Source: Octopus sinensis (taxonomy: Eukaryota). Taken from it: 64,000 bases of DNA. How positions within the stretch are numbered: position 1 is the first letter of the stretch; each line of letters opens with the position of its first letter. The position numbers were made by a program, and so were the translations under genes. Shown here piece after piece: positions 1 to 12,010 of the stretch. The DNA lies in assembly GCF_006345805.1 (NCBI RefSeq), contig NC_043004.1:13764001-13828000 (forward strand), given 5' to 3'. The notes beneath the pieces are model-generated. The model had not been told where the DNA came from and did not search any database. It was given only the letters and a program-made list of their open reading frames with translations.

Positions 1-555
1 CAAATTGGAAGGACTTTGTGGAGAGGTCCTTGGCTCTTTCTTCACTTTCGAATCGAACATCGATCGTGGTAAATCTGTTTCCCCTCGTGATGTAGTCTAT
101 AAAGGCCCATATAGGCCTTAAACATTTTTCAACATTTTCTTGAGTGGCCTTTTCGTATAGCCTTGTTTTTAGGTTGAGTGTCCTATAAATTATTGGGGGG
201 GGGGTCGTTTTTTTCCGTGATGTTTTGTGATGTCTGTAGTTGTGTGCTAAGGTCGTCTTTTTTAAACATTGCTTTACAGGTGAGCAGTTCTTTGGAAAAG
301 CACATGACTATTTTCTTTAACTGTAAAGCTGCAGCAAAATTGTTTTCAGTATTCGTGTTGGTTGTGGTGGTGTTGGCGATAGTGGTGGAGCAGTGGTGGA
401 GCCAGTGGTTATAGTAGCAGAAGCATTCGTGCGTTCTAAGGCCAATGTGCGTTCACGCGGAACGGCTTTGCTTTCAGCTTTCTTCGCGTCTAGCATTTCA
501 CAAGCAGACTCTTCCGTTGATCGGATAAACCGGAACCCTCGTCGTCTTAACCGAC
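1..555 (-). mobile_element. Degenerate LINE (L1/Tx1-like) ORF1 5' region, running off the left edge
   Basis: Minus strand reads LNLKTRLYEKATQENVEKCLRPIWAFIDYITRGNRFTTIDVRFESEERAKDLSTKSF, which aligns by eye with the + strand relic at 4290-4520 (EATHQQIEKCLRSDW...YRTIEVSFASE). Frameshifts are present upstream. Confidence 0.55.
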
Positions 556-600
556 GGTGTGTCAGTTATGTATGTATGTATGTATGTATGTATGCATGTA

Positions 601-880
601 TGTGGCTCATTGGTAAGAGCGTCAAGTTTTACAATCATGAGCTTGTGTGTTCGATTCCCGTACTGAGCTATGTATTGTGCTCTTGAGCAAGACACTTTAT
701 TTTACGTTGTTCCAGTTTACTCAGCTGTAGAAATGAGTTGTCAGATCACTGGTTCCAAAATGTATTGACCTTTGACTTTTCCTTGAACAACTGCTAGACT
801 CCCACAAACAACTGAACTTGTGCCTCAGAGGGGAACTTTCTTGGTGCAATCCGATGGTTGTTCGTGACAGAAGTAGGTAT
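601..880 (+). mobile_element. tRNA-derived SINE, family D
   Basis: A-box-like tggctcattggtaagagc and B-box gttcgattccc, then core tgctcttgagcaagacactttattttacgttgttccagtttactcagctg shared with copies at 1167, 27645 and 29140. Confidence 0.75.
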
Positions 881-1166
881 TTAGCCCTCGCTTCCCTTAT
901 GTATGTATATGGTCAAATATTTTTGTCGTTGGTCGAGATTATTGCAGAGACTGTAAATTAAGCGTATCTGATGTTCCTGGGCTGTTTCCAGAAGCAAGTA
1001 TCAAACTCTTTGTACATCTGTCACCTTTCTATTTATGGATCCGCCACGTTGGAAAGACGAGTCAATATCTTTGTTGCACCCATGGAGCCGCAGAAGATGC
1101 CAGATATTGGTTAAATATAACTGAAAATATCTTCTTTGAGGTCCTTTTCTTTAGATTTTCGGTTAG

Positions 1167-1425
1167 AGGCGTATGGCTTAGTGGTTAGAGTGTTGGACTC
1201 ATGACCATAAGATTGTGGTTTCGATTCCTGGACCGGGCAATATGCATTATGCTCATGAGCAAAACACTTCATTTCATGTTAGTCCAGTCCACTCAGCTGG
1301 CAAAAATGAGTAATCGTGCGACCGAACGGCATCCTGTCCAAGTGGGGAATACATATGCTATGGAAACTGGGAAACCGGCTCTTATGTGTCTACATGACTC
1401 GAGAAGGTAACCTTACCTTTACCTT
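1167..1425 (+). mobile_element. tRNA-derived SINE, family D
   Basis: Head tggcttagtggttagagtgttggactc...gtttcgattcc, shared core, 3' tail aggtaaccttacctttacc. Confidence 0.75.
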
Positions 1426-1914
1426 AACGTTTTTTAAAATGCTCGACATATTATCTCACAAAGCAGCAAGGCTTTATCGTTAGAGTAATCGTGGTTTGTG
1501 CAGAGCCAATCTCACTCTCTCGTCCTTCAAACTTTTATTGGTCTGGTGCAATAAATGCCACGAGCCCAGTAGTTATGAGATTGCAAGGTTTGTATGGAGT
1601 TTTCTTCTCTTTGGTGTGCAAATAAAGAGATGATGGGCCTCATCTGCCCTGAACCCGTTGAGCTTTCAGTGAGAGACTTTCCTCCGTGACATGCTAATTA
1701 CCCTGTATCTGGGACCCTGGTAAGTGTTCCAGATTAAAGTAAGTCTGAGAAGAATAGTGTCTAAAAGGTAGCTCCACGCACTTCAAATCCCTCGAGATCT
1801 CGAACTAGGGTCCAACTATCGGATGCAGTTTAAAACGAGACGTACACACACATACACTCACGCAGAAATATAGGTGTGTATGAGTGTTTGTGAGAGGGTA
1901 TATCTGTGTACGTG

Positions 1915-1946
1915 TGAGTGTGCGTGCGTGCGTGTGTGTGTGTGTG

Positions 1947-1994
<48 letters not shown>

Positions 1995-2235
1995 AAGTAT
2001 ATGTGAAGTTTCTGGGTATTCAGTTAAGAAGAAGAAAAAAGAAAAGGAGAGGAGGAGAAGAAGAAGAAGAAGAAGAGAAGAAGAAGAAGAAGAAGAAGAA
2101 GAAGAAAAGAAGAAGAAGAGAGAAGAAGAAGAAGAAGAAGAAGAAGAAGAAAAAGAAGAAGAAGAAGAAAGAAGAAAAGAAGAAAAAGAAGAAGAGGAAG
2201 AAGAAAAACAACAACAAAAACAACAACAACAGCTG
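1915..2235. repeat. Compound microsatellite (TG)n-(AG)n-(GAA)n-(CAA)n
   Basis: Read directly from the sequence. Confidence 0.95.
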
Positions 2236-2520
2236 AATGAAGAAAGAAAGGGAAGAATAAATGGCAAAAATAAAATGAGGTAAAAATAAAAGATGGAAAA
2301 TAAAAAAGGAAATGCAGGATGCGATGGTTGGAACTAAAACCAAAAAGTAATCCATGGGTTATCATCTACGACTACTAGATTCCACTAGATTAGCCTTTAG
2401 AGAGGTTAGGTCACATCAAATCCCAAAACTAGAATACGTAGCTTCATTGTTAATTCTACGTATTCCATGTAGTCTCATGATTGCCGTTGTTCAGTTGTTC
2501 CTCTTGTTGTTGCTAGGATA

Positions 2521-2521
2521 A

Positions 2522-2564
<43 letters not shown>

Positions 2565-2756
2565 GGTGGTGGTGGTGGTGGTGGTAGTTGTTGTTGCTCT
2601 TGTTGCTGTTTTTGTTTGGTTTTTTTTTTGTATTTTTTTTTTTGTGGCATAATCTATTTTATGAGTTATCTGTCACCAACATCGGTGTTTCGTCACGACA
2701 AATATTAATAAACTAGGCTTCTTTACATTCTGTGTCCACACGCACAAAAGCGCACG

Positions 2757-2847
<91 letters not shown>

Positions 2848-2860
2848 TCACACACACGCA
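2521..2860. repeat. (TAG)n(TGG)n tract (2521-2585) and long (CA)n tract (about 2750-2860)
   Basis: Read directly from the sequence. Confidence 0.95.
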
Positions 2861-3327
2861 TGCACACGCATATAAGCATATACACATATAAATGTATTCA
2901 TACATATGCATATATATGTGTTTGTGTGTGCTTGTGTGTATACGTACATACATATAAATACATATATGTATGTATATATATATAATGTGTTTATGGATGG
3001 ATTATTGTTCTTGTTTCTATCATTATTATTGTTGTTGTTGTTCGATTATCGACACATATTGCACATCGCTCCCATAAGTTTCTTGTTATATTGTTGCACA
3101 GTTATACATCGCATATTTTTTATCGTTATGTTAGATAAACTGACCAGGACCTTAGGAACCCAGTTAGTTTTTCTCCCCCTGTAACCCTTAAGATCCAATT
3201 TCTGGTTTGTTTAGCGTAACACACCCCTCAATATTTTGTCTAAGAAAAGAAAGATGATAGATGAAGATTGCTCATCTGTTGAAAAGAACAGCCAGTGGTA
3301 TAATAATGGCTACCAGAAAAAAAATTA

Positions 3328-3867
3328 AGGTGGCGAGCTGGCAGAATCATTAGCACGCCGGGCGAAATGCTTTGCGGTATTTCGTCTGCCGTTACGTTCT
3401 GAGTTCAAATTCCGCCGAGGTCGACTTTGCCTTTCATCCTTTCGGGGTCGATAAATATAATTAACAGTTACGCACTGGGGTCGATCTAATCGACTTAATC
3501 CGTTTGTCTGTCCTTGTTTGTCCTCTCTGTGTTTAGCCCCTTGTGGGTAGTAAAGAAATAGGTATTTCGTCTGCCGTTACGTTCTGAGTTCAAATTCCGC
3601 CGAGGTCGACTTTGCCTTTCATCCTTTCGGGGTCGATAAATATAATTACCAGTTACGCACTGGGGTCGATCTAATCGACTTAATCCGTTTGTCTGTCCTT
3701 GTTTGTCCTCTCTATGTTTAGCCCCTTGTGGGTAGTAAAGAATTAGGTATTTCGTCTGCCGTTACGTTCTGAGTTCAAATTCCGCCGAGGTGGACTTTGC
3801 CTTTCATCCTTTCGGGGTCGATAAATAAATTAACACTACGCACTGGGGTCGATGTAATCGACTTAAT
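3328..3867 (+). mobile_element. tRNA-derived SINE family A with a 185-bp internal tandem triplication
   Basis: Head ggcgagctggcagaatcattagcacgccgggcg and B box gagttcaaattcc; the unit starting ggtatttcgtctgcc recurs at 3376, 3561 and 3746. Confidence 0.9.
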
Positions 3868-4289
3868 TATAAGAAAAGAACAGCCAGTTATCCGCACAAC
3901 AGAACAGCTAAATTGTAAAAGTCAGTGACAGAATCAGCAGCAGTAACAACAACAACAACAACAACAACAATACAGCTTTTGAAATGTATGAAAGTAACTT
4001 TCTGTTACTTTCAGCACCATCTTCACCATCGCTGGACAACAAAAGAAATCAATGACAGCATAAAGCAACAACGCTAGTGAGAACACTGCACCTCGATCAT
4101 AACTGTCAGTGGCAGCAAGAAACCCACCACGACCAACACCAACATCATTAGCAAAGAAACAAGAGCAAAAGGAAATTAACCGTGCGGTTCCGCCACTGCG
4201 ACGCGGCGAGCACGTGAACACGTTCTTATAAATGAAAATTAATTCAGATGTGCAAAATGCATCTTGGAGAAATGTGGTACTGAATGTCC

Positions 4290-5200
4290 CTAGACCTGTC
4301 CAGCAAGACACTTATATATAAAGCAATTGGAACAAAAAGTAGAAGAGTAGATGAGGCAACACACCAGCAAATTGAAAAATGTTTGCGATCAGATTGGAAG
4401 AGCAAAAAATATAGAACTATCGAAGTGAGCTTTGCCTCAGAGTAGAAGGCCCCAAATCACTCAACAGCTACGCAAACGAGTGATGAATTAATTCTTATCC
4501 CTATTTCCTTTGACAGAAGGGTATTCAAAATGAAAACATTCAATATACTCCTAGAAATCAACATCTGTTTGCTCATGACATGAGCTCTCTTCGACGTAGA
4601 AGAGAAAACCACTAGTCTGCAGATACAAAGAATACAGAAGCAGAAGTGGTTCCGACAGGGTGTCTAGCTATTAATACAGGTAGATCATCCAAGCGTCGAG
4701 GCCATCCCGGACTTCGTAAGCCCACCAGACGGCACAAAGCTTCTCTTTGTTGTTGAGGGCAGAAGGACGAGATGCAAAGACAAAAATCACTGCAAAGGTT
4801 TTTGCTCAGAGCGAAAGAAAACAGCATTACTGCCGACACCAGCGCCACCACTACCACCGCAACAACAAGAACAGCTGAGACAGCAGCAACAACACCAACA
4901 GAGGCAGATGACCACAACATCACCAACAACAGGACCGAAATTAACAGCTGCAAAAAGAGCAGCAACAACAATTACTGCAGCAGCAACAGCAGCAACAACA
5001 CCATCAAAACAGCAACAGTATCAGAAACCGCCAAAACAACAACAGCTTTCAGAAACCTCCTCAAGACATACCTCTTCCCTCTTTGGACCATTCTGATATG
5101 GTCAATAATGAAGGAGATGGTGACGAGTCTAAATGACAAACGATCATCAGGACCAAGAAAAGAAAGGGGGAAAACAACAGATCAACAGGAAGATACGAAC
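4290..5200 (+). mobile_element. Degenerate L1/Tx1-like LINE ORF1
   Basis: Frame reads LFDVEEKTTSLQIQRIQKQKWFRQGV*LLIQVDHPSVEAIPDFVSPPDGTKLLFVVEGRRTRC. The VEGR-x-x-C pre-knuckle motif is typical of L1/Tx1 ORF1; a T/Q-rich low-complexity tail follows. Confidence 0.6.
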
Positions 5201-5701
5201 AAATGGGGCATATGCTTTTGAGCAAGTATGCAGAAAACACAACCTCCAATCACAGCTATGCTAATATCGTCAATATTATACACACTGTCACAGACACCAC
5301 TACTGCAAGCATGACCTAATTCATTAGCACGACAGTTTGATCACAAATCCCAACACGAACTTAATTTTAACATCAACTACACTGCCATAAACACGACCAG
5401 CAAAACTCAAATAGAATACTTACACAATCATACAGACATCACTCAGAGCAATTTCATCACATCGATAATCAACATACCTACTACACATAAAAATCATACA
5501 AATAACGCAAAACACTTATAGCATTAAAAAGCAAATACTCTGATAGGACAGAAAATTTTACAAAAATAAAACTTTAACAATAAGACTTTACAAAGAACTA
5601 CTCGTGAAAACGCCCACATCTAACCAGATGGACAGAACACCTATTCCCTACCCGCCACAAAACTATCTCTCTCCTCTTCTCTGTCCATTTCGTTGTCTAA
5701 C

Positions 5702-6120
5702 ATGGCCTTGCTCGTAGGAGGCAATATAAATGTAGATGGCCTTGGGTCGCCTTGGAAACAGGGCCACCTACTCAATGATCTAAGGTTACTAAGTTTAGAT
5801 GTCGTGGCTGTCAGTGAGACTTGATTTTCCGACCAACGGGCTTTCGTACCCATTTTCGGTGGATATGGATTTATCTCCATGTCAACCGGAAATAGGATTG
5901 GGTAGAACAGCGTTGTTGTTCTGGAAAGGTATGAATCTCATGATAAAGTCCATGTTCCTGGACCCAAAAAGTAAATTGGTGGTTCTGGACGTAAATAGTA
6001 GCGACGGTGGCACTTTCAGACGGGTGGCTGATTATGCTCCAACAGGGGCAGAACAGCCCGATTTCTTCAGACGTCTGGAAGCTTTCCTGGGAACGTCTCG
6101 ACCTTAAGTTCTAATGGGTC
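5702..6120 (+). pseudogene. LINE ORF2 apurinic-like endonuclease N-terminus (L1/Tx1-like), disrupted and truncated before RT
   Basis: MALLVGGNINVDGLGSPWKQGHLLNDLRLLSLDVVAVSET* then, after a frameshift, FLDPKSKLVVLDVNSSDGGTFRRVADYAPTGAEQPDFFRRLEAFLGTSRP*VLMG. Contains the N-V-x-G-L, D-V-x-x-x-x-E-T and YAP motifs. Confidence 0.75.
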
Positions 6121-7943
6121 AATCGTCAACAACAAAAGATGGTTTGCCCTGGAAAAAAGATTTAGAGTAGAATAAATTAGATTCTTTCCGTTACAACTTC
6201 GCGCACCTACTTACAAATTTTATTACATTATCACATTTTCTTTTATTAATTAGTTTTACACTATCCCATAACTATGAGAAGTATTTTCCGCTGATGACTC
6301 TACTCTGCAGCTTGTAAGACAAATAGAAAGCTGAATCTCTTGAAATAAGCTAAGACGATGAATATTAATCAAACCCTCTCCGTACCACAGTAACTCCAGT
6401 ACTGTTACCACCAACCAGAATTAAAATGTTTGTGATGCATTGCTAACTTACGCAGAAATCTGGCTGTCTAATTTTCCACTACACTTTGAGTTTTCTTTGC
6501 TCTCGTTTGCATTTATAAGATTTAATTTGGAGGATTTGATTTTTTTCTTCGATTTTAATATCACTATTAACATTAACATTGTTAGAATTATCAGATGGTC
6601 TTTTATCGTTTTACTTCCTGTAATGAAAACTATAAAGAAAGAACGAAAGAGATAAGGAAAAGAAAACACAGAGAGAGAAACAATCAAAGAAAGACATTAA
6701 TAAAAGAAAAAGAGAGCTAAAATGATTTAATTAACTTCAGCCTCCAATGAAGCGATTCCTGTTCCTTTATTGTTCTCCAGAGAAAATTCCCCCTCCTCTC
6801 GACTTAATCGTCGCTAAACCAAGTTGCATCTTGTTTGTGTTCTGTGATTCTCTTATCTCGTTAAGCTCTCCAGTATAGTTGGGCTAACCATTGTGCCATT
6901 TTAAAAATCATTACAGTAATTTACTAGCGAAATTACCAATATTTAATGGCATTACAAGTCAGAAATAAATGTCCATTCTTGCCAGGAAATTCCGCTGTGA
7001 ACTTTTACAGCCATCATATTACTCAACCACTGTTATTATTCTCCAATTTTCTCCCAAACATTATCATCGCTGCCAAACTACGACTACCACCGCAGCTGGC
7101 TAAAATACACTTATCTATTACCATAGTTGCCGAAAAACATGTCATTACAAACGTATTTCTCTAAATAACACATCACCACTACAAATACGTCTAAATCACC
7201 CGTTTCTTTTCCCAACATGGAGCTTCGTTTTAAACTAATATCGATGTTGTTCAAATCTTAAACCCCCTAACCTATCTAAAACTATCCGTATTTCACATAA
7301 TTACAATAATTATCACTTTAACACATAACACATCATCAGTCTTACATCTGCTCAAACCCCAAAATGATTTTTATATCACTCCTGGTATTTCACCCGTAAT
7401 TGCACTGCTTTCACACGCATATAATTATTTCTTACATTAGTCCTCGTATAAATAGAGGAAGAAATAATAATTTCGATGACATTCTTCTATTTCTCTGGGT
7501 TGTTAGTAATGTAGGCAAAACAGTTACTAAAGGAAACCTAAAGAATCCACCAAATACAATAAGTGACCATAAAAATATGGTTACAAGGCTCAAATGTACA
7601 GGGATGAAAGTATATAACTTGATCGTTAAGGATTTCCTAAAATCATTCGTGATGGAATGCAAACGGTTAATATTAAAACTCGAAACCAGGTCACTTGCAG
7701 AGTTTTCTCAAGAAGTCATGATTATACAAAACAAGCACGCTTCCAAAGTTTAACATCTTAGATTGACATAAGGACATAAGATGTCAGGTTTACTGAATGC
7801 GACAAATAAGCCGTTGTAGTATTTATTTAGTTCTGCCAAAAACATTCGTAAAGGATTGAAGATGAGGCATTGCTATGTTTCTACGAACGGCTTGATAAAA
7901 CAAGGTCAGCTATAATTTTCTATATATTTTCTAAATTTTTAAC

Positions 7944-8240
7944 TTTGAAATGTAATTTGCATTCTTCCAAGTGTTCACTTTCTTCTCTATGAATCGAGTT
8001 CTTAACTGATCATTGACTCACCTTCATACTCTGGGATGTTTCTTTTAACACTAATGGCCAAACTTACTTCTATTTACTAAAACTGTATATGCTGTTGGTC
8101 ATCTTTTACACTTCTGTTCCGTTTTAAGTAATCAAAGCCAAGTCATATGCGAAGTTTAAGTCATTGATTTGGTTGTCATCTGTACACGCAAGTCCATCAT
8201 ATTGATCTAGAGACTTCATCAAAATATATACAAAGAATAT
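7944..8240 (-). mobile_element. Inverted RT-core fragment of an RTE-like LINE
   Basis: Minus strand reads NIFFVYILMKSLDQYDGLACTDDNQINDLNFAYDLALIT (degenerate FADD motif), then AISVKR and EHLEECKLHFK. Confidence 0.6.
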
Positions 8241-9010
8241 GTTTCTTGGCACTGACATTAATCGTAGTGAAGATGTAGAGAGAGAAATTAATATCAAGAA
8301 TGGTATTTGGCGGCGAGGTGCCAGACTCGTTAGCACGCCGGGCAAAATGCTTAGCGGTATTTCGTTCGTCTTTACGTTCTGACTTTAAATTCTGCCGAGG
8401 TCGACTTTGCCTTTCATCACTTTTGGGGTCGATAAAATAAATACCAGTTGAACAATGGGGTTGATGTAATCGACTTACCCCTGCCTCTAAATTGTTGGCC
8501 TTGTGTCAAAATTTGAAACCAATATCAGGAACGGTACTGCAAGTCCCTTTCTCAAATTAAGAAAACTGTGGAAAGCTCACACGATCAGTATAAGGATCAA
8601 AATCCAGCTGTTGCCAAGCATCGATTTCTCTAACCTTCTCTAAGGCTGTGAGTCATGACCACTACGGAGGAAATTGAACACCTTCCGGTAAAGATGCCTG
8701 AGTATTATGTATCGCATTTCATAGAGAGTTGTATCACCAGCTTGAAAGTAAGAAGAGTATCGTGGCTCTATTGCTCGCTAAGTCAATTGGTGATCAGTAG
8801 GATGATAAAGAGGATTAGACACGGGATCAGAATGGATCCCGCTCGACTTTCACACCAGTGTCTCCAATGGTCTCCACGGGATCCAGGAAGAAATGGCGTC
8901 CGAAGAAGTAAAGTCTGGCACGAAAAAAAGAAAATTTCGCAAGTGCTGTGAAAATTTTGGATGAGGCTTGAGACTTGGCGACTGAAGGAGACGATTGGGT
9001 GTCTCTGGAA
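8241..9010 (+). mobile_element. RTE-like LINE ORF2 3' part, degenerate and interrupted by a SINE
   Basis: FLGTDINRSEDVEREINIKNG / TASPFLKLRKLWKAHTISIRIKIQLL...LL*GCES*PLRRKLNTFR*RCL matches the RTE post-RT motifs YLG..EI..RI, LLYGCE.W and F..RCLR. Confidence 0.7.
8309..8520 (+). mobile_element. Family A SINE inserted into the RTE relic, with target-site duplication
   Basis: Flanked by aatatcaagaatggta (8290-8305) and aatatcaggaacggta (8521-8536), 14/16 identical. Confidence 0.85.
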
Positions 9011-10034
9011 ACGTTTAATTGACTAACAAAGTGAAAATATAATTTAGCTCTAAAAATTTTAACGTTAGAATTTAGATGTATTTGTTTAAAACTTTTCTTC
9101 AAAAGCCCACATCTTATTTTTTTTGTTCGAAGCCGAAAATGATCGACACCCTCTTGGTCACTAATATTTTTATAACCTTATTTACTGAAATTCGGGTACA
9201 TTTCTTCACTGTCTACAACAGCTGTATGTTGTATATTATGTTTCCTCAACTACATTTTCATTTCTACAGAAACCGTAGCGTCTTATTATCTCTGCTTAAA
9301 ACCTATTTTGTGTATCTTTCTGTAAACCAATACGTAGTAAAATAACATTCGGGTGACCATGAGTTTTAATGGATTATCGGATTAAAGTCAGAGATAACGT
9401 TACGTAAAATGTTTCGTTCACATTTTGAGTCATGGACAAATCTGTTTATTTAAGGATTATCAACAGGATGTTTTTTCAACCATCTGTAGGACGATTAAAT
9501 AATGTGAGTATCGAATTTGTCAAGCAGCTTTGCTAGGGTTTACCAGCTCATCATCAATTTTAGAGTGTTCTTTTGAAAAAATGGATTCAGCGATTGTGAA
9601 AGTCAAATGCTAAGAGCGAATAGACAGTGAAGAAGGAGAGTGAAATGATGAAGAAGGGATTGATTGAGCCGTATCTGGGATATAAGGTTACGGGGAATTT
9701 GAGATAGTCTTGGCATTCGAGTTCGGTATTAACAACAACATCACCATCATTATTGTCAACGTCACATTATCATAACCATCGCAACAAACGTCTCTTCCAA
9801 TGCTCCTTTCTAATATAGACACAAGGCTTAAAATTTTCGAGGAGGCGGTGATCTTATTGCTCAGCTATCAAGCAACTCAATAGTGAAAGACATTATCTAC
9901 ACCATATAGAAAAAAATTTAAATATACTACAATAAATATTATTTTTAAAAATCACTAAATTAAATTTATTTAATTTAGAGATTTTTTGAATGATATTTAT
10001 TATATACACATACATACAAACATACATACATACA

Positions 10035-10066
<32 letters not shown>

Positions 10067-11029
10067 CATACATACATCATTATACATGCATCTTCATGTG
10101 TGTCTCTGTGTGTTACATATTATATTTTATGTATACATATTTTTAGTCCGGCATGGTGTCCAAAATTCCCCTCCACACTAGAACGAAGGAGAAGATATTT
10201 GCTCAGAGTGATGCGCAGTGGGACCGAACTGGAAACTAAATGCTTACAAAGCGAGCCTTTTAAGGGAAGAAACCCCACTAGATGCTAAATAACCTAACAG
10301 TGAGTTTTTATTTGCATCGCATCTCTTTAACTCACTATGCTACATATGTGTGACTTCACTGCGTGTTTATCTAGAATGCAAAACGCTCCTCTGGGATATT
10401 TTTCCTCGGCCTTTTACACCCACAACTAATGTCAAAGGTTCTACAAATGTCATGGTTACTACTCTACTTCATAATTACTAAACGGTGACAAAACCATGTA
10501 ACTCTAACCAAATTTGGTTTTACACGAAATCTGAGAGTAACAAAAGGAAATAACTCTGCTGCTGCTACTTTCCAGTAGTAAAGAAAATCTCTTGTCATGA
10601 AGGCAATAACAGAAACCTTTTACAACTGTTGTATTGGGAATGTACTGCGCGAGCGGAATGAGACGATTGGGTGCTGCTGTTTGGATTCAGACGATTTGGC
10701 GCAGCTAACAGAAAATTCAGCTTATTTTGACGCTAGAGGCAAACACGCGAGCGCGAGCAAATACAAGTAGAAACAAACACAAACACAGATAGAAAGAGTA
10801 TGAGAGGAGAGAAAGGAGAGAAAGGAGAAAGAGGAGGAGATAGATGTGGAGAGACAGTTATTAATTGAACACTATTCACATAAGCAATTTCATTTTTCTT
10901 ATGCGTGTAGAGAGAAATACGCTTACACACATAGAGTGAGTGAGTGAGTGAGTGAGGAAGAGGAGCAAGAGAGACGCTGCAATTTATTAGTTGCACACGA
11001 TTGACTTAAATAATTTCCTTCTACTCATA

Positions 11030-11266
11030 TATTTTTCCTTTATTGCCCACAAGGGGCTAAACATAGAGGGGACAAACAAAGACAGACAAAGGGATTAAGT
11101 CGATTACATCGACCCCAGTGCGTAACTGGTGCTTTATTTATCGACCTCGAAAGGATGAAAGGCAAAGTCGACCTCGGCGGAATTTGAACTCAGAACGTAA
11201 CGGCAGACGAAATACTGCTAAGCATTTCGCCCGGCGCGCTAACGTTTCTGCCAGCTCGCCGCCTTT
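11030..11266 (-). mobile_element. Family A SINE, single unit
   Basis: Reverse complement of head, B box and tail gccccttgtgggcaataaag; CpGs intact. Confidence 0.9.
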
Positions 11267-11559
11267 TACTCATATATGTCCGAAGAAAAGGTGACCAAAT
11301 GGTTGCACTGAAACTGGGGCACATTTTGTAGCCTGGACATGTTCAGTCAGGGCTTACGAGTAAATACTTATGTTTGTTTCCAGAAGGAGGTATGTACTAG
11401 AGTAGGAAAATTCATAGTGTAGAATAAAGCGTTATCGAGACACGGATTCACACATAGAGAGATGCACACCCATACATACAAACATGGTACATAGTTGCAA
11501 AACACACATACACAGACATGCACACACAAGGAGACAGAGGCGCATACATATACAAACAC

Positions 11560-11894
11560 GCTTACACACATACGTAGAAAATACATAAACACGGGCATGC
11601 AAGCACATGAATATGCAGAATACATATATACATATGCATACACACACATATATACATACACACACAGGCATAAATACATACATACATACATACATACATA
11701 CATACAGACACACATACATACATACATACATACATACATACATACATACATTATTATGGCTGCCCCTCGTTATCGAGTATGGCCATTGCACGAAGCTTAA
11801 CTGTTACTGGTGCTGTGATCGAATGTGACTTTTTGGCCCAGCTAAAGATCTACAATGTCTTGTACATACATGCATACATACATACATACATACA

Positions 11895-11928
<34 letters not shown>

Positions 11929-12010
11929 CATACATACATACATACATACGTACATGCATGCATGCATAGGCACACATATACACACACACATACACTGACC
12001 CACACACATG
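11560..12010. repeat. (TACA)n/(CA)n microsatellite fields
   Basis: Read directly; a similar tract lies at about 10003-10070. Confidence 0.9.

Noticed and set aside
601-680. tRNA genes suggested by A/B boxes here and in other SINE heads
   Set aside because: No full cloverleaf; the heads run into multicopy SINE bodies.
1830-2365. Poly-K/E/R and poly-F/L/S ORFs
   Set aside because: Translations of (GAA)n and (TG)n microsatellites.
9350-9640. Possible mariner fragment
   Set aside because: No convincing transposase motif or TIR could be read.
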